From assembly GCA_934309145.1 (NCBI GenBank), contig CAKRCW010000006.1, positions 77,905 through 141,904 of the forward strand: a DNA stretch of 64,000 bases, in the 5' to 3' direction. The stretch comes from an uncultured Lachnospiraceae bacterium. Lineage in GTDB: Bacteria > Bacillota > Clostridia > Lachnospirales > Lachnospiraceae. The translations under genes were made by a program, and so were the position numbers. Shown one piece after another: positions 1 through 8,291 of this stretch. The notes under the pieces were generated by a model. That model was not told where the DNA came from. It was given only the letters and a program-made list of their open reading frames with translations, and did not search any database. How positions within the stretch are numbered: the first letter of the stretch is position 1; each line of letters opens with the position of its first letter.

Positions 1-668
1 AGGGATATAAGGCAATACTTACACTTCCTGACACAATGAGCGTTGAGAGAAGAAATCTCTTACAGGCATATGGTGCTGAGCTTGTTTTGACAGAGGGTGC
101 TAAGGGTATGAAGGGTGCTATTGCCAAGGCAGAAGAGCTAAAGGAGAGTATACCTGGTTCGGTGATTTTAGGACAGTTCGTTAATCCTGCAAACCCTGCA
201 ATCCATAAGGCAACAACCGGTCCTGAGATATGGGAGCAGACAGATGGTAAGGTTGATATATTTATAGCAGGTGTTGGAACAGGCGGTACTGTAACAGGTG
301 TCGGCGAGTATCTTAAGTCACAGAATCCTGATGTTAAAGTTGTTGCAGTAGAGCCAGCAACAAGTCCTGTATTATCAAAGGGAACACCTGGAGCACATAA
401 GATACAGGGAATAGGTGCAGGCTTTGTACCAGATGTTCTTAATACTAAGATATATGATGAGGTTATAGCTATAGAGAATGATGATGCGTTTGATGAGGGA
501 CGTGCATTTGCACTTAGCGAGGGTATCCTTGTTGGTATTTCTTCAGGTGCAGCATTGAAGGCAGCGACAATCCTTGCTTCAAGACCTGAGAACAAGGGTA
601 AGAATATAGTTGTTTTATTACCTGATTCAGGTGACAGATATTTATCTACACCATTGTTCAGCAGATAA
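1..668 (+). CDS. cysK: cysteine synthase A (O-acetylserine sulfhydrylase), 5'-truncated by window edge
   Basis: The reading frame is open to position 3 ([32 protein letters not shown]...). It has the glycine-rich PLP-phosphate loop [12 protein letters not shown] and a SSGAA motif, and ends TAA 666-668. The pattern is typical of CysK/CysM. Confidence 0.9.
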   Translation, partial: GYKAILTLPDTMSVERRNLLQAYGAELVLTEGAKGMKGAIAKAEELKESIPGSVILGQFVNPANPAIHKATTGPEIWEQTDGKVDIFIAGVGTGGTVTGVGEYLKSQNPDVKVVAVEPATSPVLSKGTPGAHKIQGIGAGFVPDVLNTKIYDEVIAIENDDAFDEGRAFALSEGILVGISSGAALKAATILASRPENKGKNIVVLLPDSGDRYLSTPLFSR

Positions 669-678
669 TCAAATAAAC

Positions 679-707
679 TTGACTTTTTAAATCCCAAACC
701 ATATAAT
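679..707 (+). promoter_or_regulatory. sigma-A type promoter, TTGACT-N17-TATAAT, for the Rrf2 gene
   Basis: TTGACT at 679-684 and TATAAT at 702-707 with an exact 17-nt spacer, 75 nt upstream of ATG 783. Confidence 0.5.
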
Positions 708-757
708 TCATACAAATCAAGTCGGATTTTTCAGAATTGTATAGTTTGGGATTTTTA
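687..757. repeat. 23/24-nt imperfect inverted repeat (687-709 vs 734-757) spanning the cysK 3' end and the Rrf2 promoter
   Basis: The left arm is TTAAATCCCAAACCATATAATTC. The reverse complement of the right arm is TAAAAATCCCAAACTATACAATTC. The right arm is followed by a T-run (ATTTTTAT). Confidence 0.6.
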
Positions 758-782
758 TGATGATAGAATTAGGAGGTTGTAT

Positions 783-1217
783 ATGAAAATTTCAACAAAG
801 GGAAGATATGCTCTCAGGCTTATGCTGGACTTAGCAACCTATAATACGGGTGAGCCGATAGCTTTAAAGGATATTGCCAGACGACAGAATATTTCAGAAA
901 AGTATCTCGAGCAGATTATCTCCATTCTCAATAAGGCGGGCTTTGTAAGGAGTATAAGAGGTGCTCAGGGCGGATATGTGCTTACAAGAGATATCAGGGA
1001 TTATACAGTTGGTATGATTTTGAGACTTACTGAGGGAGAGCTTGCCCCAGTTAATTGTGTAGGAAGAGATGCTATAGAATGTGAGCGTATGGAGAGCTGT
1101 GTTACAGTCAGGATATGGCAGAGATTATATGACGCTATAAATGGAGTTGTTGATAGTATTACATTGGCAGATCTTGTGGAGTGGCAGAGTGAATTGGTGG
1201 ACCAGTATATGATTTAA
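783..1217 (+). CDS. Rrf2-family transcriptional regulator (CymR/IscR-like)
   Basis: MKISTKGRYALRLMLDLA... is the N-terminal winged-helix signature of Rrf2 proteins. It has a C-x7-C-x5-C motif (NCVGRDAIECERMESC). AGGAGG lies 6 nt upstream of ATG 783, so the track start TTG 777 is less likely. Confidence 0.85.
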   Translation: MKISTKGRYALRLMLDLATYNTGEPIALKDIARRQNISEKYLEQIISILNKAGFVRSIRGAQGGYVLTRDIRDYTVGMILRLTEGELAPVNCVGRDAIECERMESCVTVRIWQRLYDAINGVVDSITLADLVEWQSELVDQYMI

Positions 1218-1221
1218 CTGA

Positions 1222-1238
1222 TATAGGAATTGCCTATA
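1222..1238. promoter_or_regulatory. palindromic box TATAGGAATTGCCTATA (candidate Rrf2/CymR-type operator, distal)
   Basis: TATAGG and CCTATA form a perfect 6-bp inverted repeat around AATTG. It shares the core ATAGGAATT with the box at 1303-1318. Confidence 0.45.
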
Positions 1239-1260
1239 ACCAGCTAAAAATTTTGAGTAA

Positions 1261-1289
1261 TAGACAGGGTAAAAAACGTGTGCTATTAT
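1261..1289 (+). promoter_or_regulatory. candidate metY promoter, TAGACA-N17-TATTAT with TGn extended -10
   Basis: TAGACA at 1261-1266, TG at 1281-1282, TATTAT at 1284-1289. Confidence 0.4.
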
Positions 1290-1302
1290 ATCCTTGTAAT
1301 CA

Positions 1303-1318
1303 GATAGGAATTCCGATA
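1303..1318. promoter_or_regulatory. palindromic box GATAGGAATTCCGATA (candidate Rrf2/CymR-type operator, proximal)
   Basis: The pattern nATnGGAATTCCnATn is a 16-bp near-palindrome. It lies just downstream of the predicted -10 and transcription start, 47 nt before the metY ATG. Confidence 0.45.
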
Positions 1319-1364
1319 TAAAAAATATATTAATGGTGACACAGGTCACAGAAAGAGGTGCATT

Positions 1365-2672
1365 ATGAGTAAGAAAGCATATTCAGAGAGAAATTTAAAG
1401 TTTGAAACATTACAGTTACATGTAGGTCAGGAGCAGCCAGATCCAGTTACAGATGCAAGAGCAGTACCTATCTACCAGACATCATCATATGTATTTAGAA
1501 ACTGCGACCATGCAGAGGCAAGATTTGGTCTTTCTGATGCAGGTAACATCTATGGTAGACTTACAAATCCTACAGAGGATGTATTTGAGCAGAGAATAGC
1601 AGCTCTTGAGGGTGGTGTAGCAGCACTTGCAGTTGCATCAGGTGCAGCAGCAATCTCTTACACAATACAGAATCTTGCACAGAATGGTGACCACATTGTT
1701 GCAGCTAAGAACATTTATGGTGGTACATATAATCTCTTAGAGCATACACTTCCAGCATATGGAATTAAGACAACATTCGTAGATCCATTTAATTATGATG
1801 AAATCGAGAATGCTATACAGGATAACACAAAGGCAGTATTTATTGAGACACTCGGTAATCCTAACTCAGATGTTGTAGATATTGAGAAGATAGCAAACAT
1901 TGCACATGCACACAAGATTCCGCTCGTGATTGATAACACATTTGCAACACCTTACCTTGTAAGACCAATTGAGTATGGTGCAGATATCGTTGTTCATTCA
2001 GCTACTAAGTTTATTGGCGGACATGGAACAACTATAGGTGGTGTTATCGTTGATAGTGGAAAATTTGACTGGGAGGCAAGCGGAAAGTTTGCATCCCTCA
2101 CAGAGCCGAACCCAAGCTACCATGGAATCAGTTTCACAAAGGCTGTAGGACCAGCAGCATTTGTTACAAAGATTCGTGCTATATTGCTTAGAGACACAGG
2201 TGCAACATTGTCACCATTCCATGCATTTATTTTCCTTCAGGGACTTGAGACACTTTCTCTAAGAGTAGAGCGTCATGTAGAAAATGCACTTAAGGTAGTT
2301 GAATATCTTAACAATCATCCGCTTGTAGAGAAGGTACATCATCCATCAGTATCGGATGATCCTGAGCAGAAGGAACTTTACGCTAAATATTTCCCTAATG
2401 GCGGTGGTTCAATCTTCACATTTGAGATAAAGGGTGATGCTAAGAAGGCAAGAGATTTTATCGATAATCTTGAGCTGTTTTCATTACTTGCAAATGTTGC
2501 AGATGTTAAGTCTTTGGTTATTCACCCGGCATCAACAACACATTCTCAGTTGAATGAGGAAGAACTTTTAGATCAGGGAATTAAGCCAAATACAATAAGA
2601 TTATCAATTGGTACAGAAAATATAGATGATATTATTGAAGATCTTGACGAGGCATTTAAGGCAGTTCAGTAA
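1365..2672 (+). CDS. metY: O-acetylhomoserine sulfhydrylase (aminocarboxypropyltransferase), PLP-dependent
   Basis: 435 aa in the Cys/Met-metabolism PLP family. It has the lysine motif HSATKFIGGHGT, the N-terminus FETLQLHVGQ, and the length typical of MetY/CysD. Confidence 0.9.
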   Translation: MSKKAYSERNLKFETLQLHVGQEQPDPVTDARAVPIYQTSSYVFRNCDHAEARFGLSDAGNIYGRLTNPTEDVFEQRIAALEGGVAALAVASGAAAISYTIQNLAQNGDHIVAAKNIYGGTYNLLEHTLPAYGIKTTFVDPFNYDEIENAIQDNTKAVFIETLGNPNSDVVDIEKIANIAHAHKIPLVIDNTFATPYLVRPIEYGADIVVHSATKFIGGHGTTIGGVIVDSGKFDWEASGKFASLTEPNPSYHGISFTKAVGPAAFVTKIRAILLRDTGATLSPFHAFIFLQGLETLSLRVERHVENALKVVEYLNNHPLVEKVHHPSVSDDPEQKELYAKYFPNGGGSIFTFEIKGDAKKARDFIDNLELFSLLANVADVKSLVIHPASTTHSQLNEEELLDQGIKPNTIRLSIGTENIDDIIEDLDEAFKAVQ

Positions 2673-2704
2673 TCAAATGTAATAAATTATATACCTCCTA
2701 TAAC

Positions 2705-2758
2705 TTACTCCGGGACACTGACCTTGTGTAGTCTGTGTTCTGGAGTAAATTATATTTT
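2705..2758 (+). terminator. intrinsic terminator after metY
   Basis: A 14-bp stem pairs TTACTCCGGGACAC (2705-2718) with GTGTTCTGGAGTAA (2735-2748). It includes two G-U pairs valid only on the + strand and is followed by ATTATATTTTA. Confidence 0.6.
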
Positions 2759-2770
2759 AGGCGTTGTGCT

Positions 2771-2974
2771 TTAGATGTCATTCTTGCAGAGTAATCCATA
2801 AAAGCTGATAAGGTATAATCCACATAAGCCTACAAGTGCATAAATTACACGGGAGAAGGCACTTCCGTCACCGAAGATGGCTGCAACGAGATTGAAGTTA
2901 AAAAATCCTATAAGTCCCCAGTTTATGGCACCAATAATAGTTATTGTAAGACAAAAGCAATTCAAGAATTTCAT
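2771..2974 (-). CDS. DUF378-family small membrane protein
   Basis: A 67-aa, two-TM protein with the GAINWGLIGFFNFNLVA motif I associate with DUF378 (YuzA-like). Confidence 0.7.
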   Translation of the reverse strand: MKFLNCFCLTITIIGAINWGLIGFFNFNLVAAIFGDGSAFSRVIYALVGLCGLYLISFYGLLCKNDI

Positions 2975-3112
2975 ATTTAAAACCTCCGATTTTATAAAGT
3001 AACCTTATGGTACTTCTTTTAGCTTTCCCCAATATAAAATAGTTATTCCATTTTATAAAAAAACTTGCTATAATTAATCACGAAAATACGAAAGTTAAAT
3101 TCGGAGGGAATT

Positions 3113-4516
3113 ATGGGCGGTTTTTTTGGAGTTGCATCAAAGGAAGATTGTGTATTTGATTTATTTTTTGGTACAGACTATCATTCACATTTAGGTACAA
3201 GGCGTGCGGGAATGGCAGTGTACGGAGATGATGGATTTGAAAAGTCAATTCATAAGATTGAGAATGCACCATTTCGTACCAAATTTGAAAAAGAAGCAAA
3301 CAGCATGCATGGGTATATGGGTATAGGATGTATATCAGATTATGAGGCACAGCCTATCCTTGTTCGTTCACACCATGGCTCATTTGCTATCACAACTATA
3401 GGTAAAATTAATAATGCTGATGATATAATTAAGGATATACTTAAGGGAAGAACTCATTTCTTTGAGATGAGTAATGGTGAGATTAATGCCACAGAGCTTG
3501 TTGCAGCAATTATAGACCAGAAGGATAATTTTATAGATGGTATAAGATATGCACAGGAGGTTATCGAGGGTTCTATGTCGATGCTTATCCTTACACCGAA
3601 GGGCGTTTACTGTGCAAGAGATAAATATGGAAGGACGCCTATAGCCATAGGTAAGAAGGATGGTGCATATTGTGCAGCATTTGAGAGCTTTTCATATCTG
3701 AATCTGGGATACACATCAGAGAGAGAGCTTGGACCAGGTGAGATAGCGGTTATAACGCCTGACAGCGTTAAGACTCTTGTGCTTCCAGGCAAGGATATGA
3801 AGATATGTACATTCTTATGGATTTATTATGGATATCCTTCATCTTCTTATGAGGGAGTTAGTGTAGAGGAGATGAGATATAGGTGTGGACAGCTTCTTGC
3901 AAGAAGAGATAATGTTAAGCCGGATATAGTTGCGGGAGTTCCAGACTCCGGTACTGCACATGCTATCGGATATGCTAACGAGTCAGGTATACCATTTTCA
4001 AGACCATTTATCAAATATACACCTACTTGGCCTCGCTCGTTTATGCCAACTATTCAGAGCAAGCGTAATCTTATTGCTAAGATGAAGCTTATTCCTGTAC
4101 ATGAGCTTATTAAGGATAAGAGCCTGCTTATTATTGACGATTCCATAGTAAGAGGAACACAGCTTAGAGAGACAACTGAGTATTTGTTTGAGAATGGTGC
4201 TAAGGAGGTTCATATAAGACCCGCCTGTCCACCTTTGGTATATGGATGTAAGTATCTTAACTTCTCAAGAAGTAATTCTGAGATGGAGCTTATAACACGT
4301 AATGTGATTGCTGAGCTTGAGGGCGGAGATGTCACAGACGAGGTATTAAAGGAATATACGGATTATAATTCTGAAAAATACGAGAAGATGGTTGATACTA
4401 TATGTGAAAAGCTTAAATTTACATCACTCAGATTCCACAGACTTGATGATATGTTAGAGGCAGTTGGAATTGAACCATGTAAGCTCTGTACTTATTGCTG
4501 GAACGGTGAAGAATAA
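3113..4516 (+). CDS. amidophosphoribosyltransferase-like protein (class II GATase-like domain plus PRTase domain) lacking the N-terminal Cys nucleophile
   Basis: It has the PRPP loop LLIIDDSIVRGTQ, the PurF-like CPPLVYGCKYLNF, and a C-terminal CKLCTYCWNG. The N-terminus is MGGFFGV rather than (M)CGxxG. GGAGGG RBS at 3103-3108, and an in-frame TAA at 3071 excludes a longer N-terminus. Confidence 0.75.
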   Translation: MGGFFGVASKEDCVFDLFFGTDYHSHLGTRRAGMAVYGDDGFEKSIHKIENAPFRTKFEKEANSMHGYMGIGCISDYEAQPILVRSHHGSFAITTIGKINNADDIIKDILKGRTHFFEMSNGEINATELVAAIIDQKDNFIDGIRYAQEVIEGSMSMLILTPKGVYCARDKYGRTPIAIGKKDGAYCAAFESFSYLNLGYTSERELGPGEIAVITPDSVKTLVLPGKDMKICTFLWIYYGYPSSSYEGVSVEEMRYRCGQLLARRDNVKPDIVAGVPDSGTAHAIGYANESGIPFSRPFIKYTPTWPRSFMPTIQSKRNLIAKMKLIPVHELIKDKSLLIIDDSIVRGTQLRETTEYLFENGAKEVHIRPACPPLVYGCKYLNFSRSNSEMELITRNVIAELEGGDVTDEVLKEYTDYNSEKYEKMVDTICEKLKFTSLRFHRLDDMLEAVGIEPCKLCTYCWNGEE

Positions 4517-4528
4517 TATATAAAGAAC

Positions 4529-4554
4529 AGGTCCTATTAGAAAAAATAGGACCT
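4529..4554. terminator. bidirectional hairpin terminator shared by the convergent purF-like and response-regulator genes
   Basis: AGGTCCTATT-AGAAAA-AATAGGACCT is a perfect 10-bp stem. It overlaps the last codons and the stop (4537-4539) of the minus-strand gene. Confidence 0.6.
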
Positions 4555-5151
4555 GATTTCATTTCGTTTATTAATCTGTAGCTTATCAAAGATTCGGTAA
4601 GCTATTTTTTTTACGTAGGTATAAGAGTAGCTGCATTTGTCTGCAATCTCCTGATTGGTTAAGCCTATGGCTATAAGCTTTGCAACGCGAAATTCTGATT
4701 CTGTCAGCAATTCTTCCATAGTGGCAAGCTTTTTCTCATTGTACTGAAATGCAAGATTATCATCTGGGTACTTGTATGAATTAATTATGTCAAGGTGATT
4801 TTTTAGTCTTGCTAATAGAATTTCAAATTCAAAAGGTTTAGTAATGTAATCTATAGCACCAAGCTTAAGTCCTGTGAGCTCTGCGGCTGAATCTTCAACT
4901 GCTGTAAGGAAGATAGTTGGAATATGGCATATCTTACTTATCTCCTTGTATGTATGATAACCATCCATGTCGGGCATTGTAATATCTAAGAGCATTAAGT
5001 CAGGCAGGTATCCGGATTTTATTAAAGCTATGGCTGATATACCGGAGTCCACCAGAGTCACGTTATAGTTTTCATGCTGTAGAATACGTTCAAGAATTTT
5101 TAACTGTGCAGCATCATCATCAACGACTAGAATTGAGTTTGACGTATCCAT
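4537..5151 (-). CDS. response regulator, receiver plus LuxR/FixJ-type HTH (NarL family)
   Basis: The receiver domain shows VVDDD, LLDITMPDMDG and ITKPF. The C-terminal HTH is LTESEFRVAKLIAIGLTNQEIADKCSYSYTYVKKIAYRIFDKL. There is no adjacent histidine kinase. Confidence 0.85.
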   Translation of the reverse strand: MDTSNSILVVDDDAAQLKILERILQHENYNVTLVDSGISAIALIKSGYLPDLMLLDITMPDMDGYHTYKEISKICHIPTIFLTAVEDSAAELTGLKLGAIDYITKPFEFEILLARLKNHLDIINSYKYPDDNLAFQYNEKKLATMEELLTESEFRVAKLIAIGLTNQEIADKCSYSYTYVKKIAYRIFDKLQINKRNEIRSYFF

Positions 5152-5239
5152 AAATTCACCTCAAAAAGCAATATTGTTAATAGTATAATATATTTTCTAT
5201 TAATTTACAATAATTTACATGGTTAAATTTTTACTGTTG

Positions 5240-5268
5240 TTGACAAAGGATGAGCACAAAATTATAAT
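5240..5268 (+). promoter_or_regulatory. sigma-A promoter, TTGACA-N17-TATAAT, for pncB
   Basis: Consensus hexamers at 5240-5245 and 5263-5268 with an exact 17-nt spacer. Confidence 0.55.
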
Positions 5269-5311
5269 ATTAGGAAATAAATCCGAATTTAGTTATGAGG
5301 AGGAATATTAA

Positions 5312-6751
5312 ATGAGAAATCTGACAATGCTTATGGATTATTATGAACTTACAATGTCTAATGGTTACTTTGAGAAGGGCATGAAGGACAAGATTGCAGT
5401 TTTTGATATGTTTTATAGAAAAAATCCTGAGGATGGCGGTTTTGTCGTGTCTGCCGGACTTGAACAATTAATAGAATATATAGAGAATATGAGATTTACC
5501 GAGGGCGACATCGAGTATCTTAGAGGCAAAGGAGAGTTTTCAGAGGGTTTCCTCGAATATCTAAGAAATTTTAAGTTTACAGGAACGATAGAGGCTATAC
5601 CTGAGGGAACGATATGTTATCCTAACACACCGCTTGTAACGGTTATAGCACCTGTTATTGAGGCACAGCTAATAGAGACAATGCTTCTTCTTACTATTAA
5701 TTTTCAGTCACTTATTGCTACTAAGGCATCGAGAATATGCAGGGCAGCAGGTGATATGGGTGCTATCGTAATGGAATTTGGTGCAAGGCGTGCTCATGGT
5801 TCTGATGCAGCGGTGCTTGGAGCGAGAGCAGCATATATTGGTGGCGCCGGTGCAACAGCGACAGTTATGGCAGATGAGCAGTTTGGAGTGCCGGCTATAG
5901 GTACAATGGCACACAGCTGGGTTCAGTTCTTTGACAGTGAATATGAGGCGTTTAAGGCTTATGCGGAGGTTTATCCGGATAACTGTGTACTCCTTATAGA
6001 TACCTATGATATACTTAAGAGTGGAGCAGTTAATGCAATTAAGGTTGCCAAGGAGGTTCTTATGCCTATGGGTAAGAGGCTTAAGGGCGTAAGAATAGAC
6101 AGTGGAGATTTGGCATATTTTTCCAAGAAGCTTAGAAAAATGTTTGACGAATGTGGAATGGAGGACTGCAATATAGTTGTCTCTAACAGCGTTGATGAGT
6201 ATCTTATCCGTTCATTACAGAAACAGGGGGCAAGAATTAATTCATTTGGTGTTGGCGAGCGTATGATTACATCTAAGTCTGACCCTGTATTTGGCGGTGT
6301 GTATAAGCTTGCAGCAGTTATGAATGATAAAGGAGAATATGTGCCTAAGATTAAGATATCGGAGAATGTTGAGAAGATAACTAATCCGGGAAGAAAGAGA
6401 CTTTGGAGAGTGTACAGCAGAGAGACTGGATATGCACTGGCAGATTTACTTACTCTGTATGATGAGACTATAGAGCCTGATAAACCATTTGCTTATGTAG
6501 ATCCTGTAAAGCCTTGGAAGAAAATGCAGTTTGAGAATGTTGACATAGTACCTTTGCAAAAGGAGATATTTAAAGATGGAAAGCTTGTATATGATAAGCC
6601 CAAGCTTGATGATATAAGAGCTTATGTAAAGGAGCAGCTGACAAGCAGGGTATGGGAGGAAGAGCAGAGATATGATAATCCTCACATTCACTATGTAGAT
6701 TTATCCAAAAAACTATACAGTGTTAAAGAAAAGATGCTTGAAGCTTATTAA
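5312..6751 (+). CDS. pncB: nicotinate phosphoribosyltransferase
   Basis: 479 aa. The N-terminus LMDYYELTMSNGYF, the motif GTMAHSWVQ and RIDSGDL are typical of NAPRTase. Confidence 0.9.
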   Translation: MRNLTMLMDYYELTMSNGYFEKGMKDKIAVFDMFYRKNPEDGGFVVSAGLEQLIEYIENMRFTEGDIEYLRGKGEFSEGFLEYLRNFKFTGTIEAIPEGTICYPNTPLVTVIAPVIEAQLIETMLLLTINFQSLIATKASRICRAAGDMGAIVMEFGARRAHGSDAAVLGARAAYIGGAGATATVMADEQFGVPAIGTMAHSWVQFFDSEYEAFKAYAEVYPDNCVLLIDTYDILKSGAVNAIKVAKEVLMPMGKRLKGVRIDSGDLAYFSKKLRKMFDECGMEDCNIVVSNSVDEYLIRSLQKQGARINSFGVGERMITSKSDPVFGGVYKLAAVMNDKGEYVPKIKISENVEKITNPGRKRLWRVYSRETGYALADLLTLYDETIEPDKPFAYVDPVKPWKKMQFENVDIVPLQKEIFKDGKLVYDKPKLDDIRAYVKEQLTSRVWEEEQRYDNPHIHYVDLSKKLYSVKEKMLEAY

Positions 6752-6775
6752 AACAAGTAATTAGTGTAACTTTCA

Positions 6776-6804
6776 TTGACATATTTGAGTGTAGGGCATA
6801 AGAT
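6776..6804 (+). promoter_or_regulatory. candidate promoter, TTGACA-N17-TAAGAT, for the hydrogenase gene
   Basis: TTGACA at 6776-6781 and TAAGAT at 6799-6804. Confidence 0.35.
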
Positions 6805-6842
6805 AATAACAGTTCCGTATCATCGGCAACCAGGAGGATCAT

Positions 6843-8279
6843 ATGAGAAAATTTGATACCAGAATACAATATTTGAGATACAAGGTATTACGGGAGACAG
6901 CCAGACTTGCATGGGAGGACAGGCTCCTTGAGGGTATAATGGATATTCCTATGACAATTATACCAGGTCCTAAGCCTACTACGAGATGCTGTGTATATAA
7001 GGAGAGAGCCATAATAGGCGAGCGTGTCAAGCTTGCCATGGGTGGAAACAAGGACATTGATAATGTTGTGGAAGTTATGGAGATAGCATGTGCTGAATGT
7101 CCTGTCGGTGGATATGAGGTTGGACATAACTGTATGGGATGTCTTGCACATAGATGTGCAGATGCATGTAAGTTTGGTGCTATAACGATAGATGAACACC
7201 AGAAAGCACATATTGATAAGAGCAAGTGTCGTGAGTGTGGTGCCTGTGCAAAGGTTTGTCCATATAGTGCGATATCTGACTTTAAGAGACCGTGTCAGCA
7301 GGCGTGTAAGGTTGGCGCAATTTCCATGAATGAGGATCAGGCAGCTATGATAGATAACAGCAAATGTATCTCATGTGGAGCTTGTGTATACCAATGTCCA
7401 TTTGGCGCTATTAATGAAAAGTCATACATACTTGATGTAATTAACATAATTAAAGAAAGTAAGAAGGATGGAGGTCACAAGGTTTATGCCGCCGTAGCAC
7501 CGGCGATAGCAGGTCAGTTTAACTATGCTAAGAGTGGACAGGTTTTATCAGGCATAAAGGAGCTTGGCTTCGATGAGATAGTAGAGGTGGCACTTGGCGC
7601 GGATATGACTACATGGCATGAGACCAAGGAGCTTCAGGAGAAGGGCGTTATGACAAGCTCATGCTGTCCTGCATTTGTAGCATATGTTACAAAGGAATTT
7701 CCCGATATGCTTCCGTATGTATCATCAACACTTTCTCCTATGGCTATGATAGGAAAACACATAAAGGAGCTTGAGCCAGATGCAAAGGTTGTATTTATCG
7801 GACCATGTACGGCTAAGAAGATGGAGATAAAGAGAGAGACAGTTGCACCTTACATAGACAGTGCCATAACATTTGAGGAGCTTCAGGCACTGCTTGACAG
7901 CAGGGAGATAGATATAACAGCCTTAGAGGAGATGCCTCTTGAAAATGCATCATATTTTGGACGTATTTTTGCAAGGTCAGGTGGTCTTACTGAGGCTGTG
8001 AAAGAAGGTATAAAGGAGCAGGGCATAGAGGATTTTGAACTTACCCCTGTGGTATGTGATGGGATAGAGCAGTGTAAGATAGCATTGCTTAAGCTTAGAA
8101 GAAATATGTTAGGTGGCAATTTCGTGGAAGGTATGGCATGTCAGGGTGGATGTGTTAATGGTAACGGATGTCTTACACATATGGCTAAGAGTCGAATGGA
8201 TGTTGAGAATCATGGTAAGGCAGCAGGCAATAAGACTATAGAGAACGCTATAAATGATGCACGCGAGCCTATATCATAG
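6843..8279 (+). CDS. [FeFe]-hydrogenase, monomeric, with N-terminal ferredoxin-like clusters
   Basis: H-cluster motifs are present: TSSCCPAF (P1-like), GPCTAKKME (P2) and EGMACQGGCVNG (P3). There are two CxxCxxCxxxCP ferredoxin motifs (CRECGACAKVCP, CISCGACVYQCP) and an extra Cys-rich N-terminus. Confidence 0.8.
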   Translation: MRKFDTRIQYLRYKVLRETARLAWEDRLLEGIMDIPMTIIPGPKPTTRCCVYKERAIIGERVKLAMGGNKDIDNVVEVMEIACAECPVGGYEVGHNCMGCLAHRCADACKFGAITIDEHQKAHIDKSKCRECGACAKVCPYSAISDFKRPCQQACKVGAISMNEDQAAMIDNSKCISCGACVYQCPFGAINEKSYILDVINIIKESKKDGGHKVYAAVAPAIAGQFNYAKSGQVLSGIKELGFDEIVEVALGADMTTWHETKELQEKGVMTSSCCPAFVAYVTKEFPDMLPYVSSTLSPMAMIGKHIKELEPDAKVVFIGPCTAKKMEIKRETVAPYIDSAITFEELQALLDSREIDITALEEMPLENASYFGRIFARSGGLTEAVKEGIKEQGIEDFELTPVVCDGIEQCKIALLKLRRNMLGGNFVEGMACQGGCVNGNGCLTHMAKSRMDVENHGKAAGNKTIENAINDAREPIS

Positions 8280-8291
8280 AGTGGGGGATAT

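Noticed and set aside
1125-1349. A 74-aa minus-strand ORF across the end of the Rrf2 gene and the metY leader.
   Set aside because: It overlaps the conserved Rrf2 C-terminus and the regulatory dyads, and has no RBS or recognisable family.
1218-1364. I expected an S-box (SAM-I) riboswitch or a T-box in the metY leader.
   Set aside because: The 147-nt leader lacks the conserved S-box helices and kink-turn and has no terminator/antiterminator pair. Dyad DNA boxes explain the region better. A covariance-model scan is still needed for certainty.
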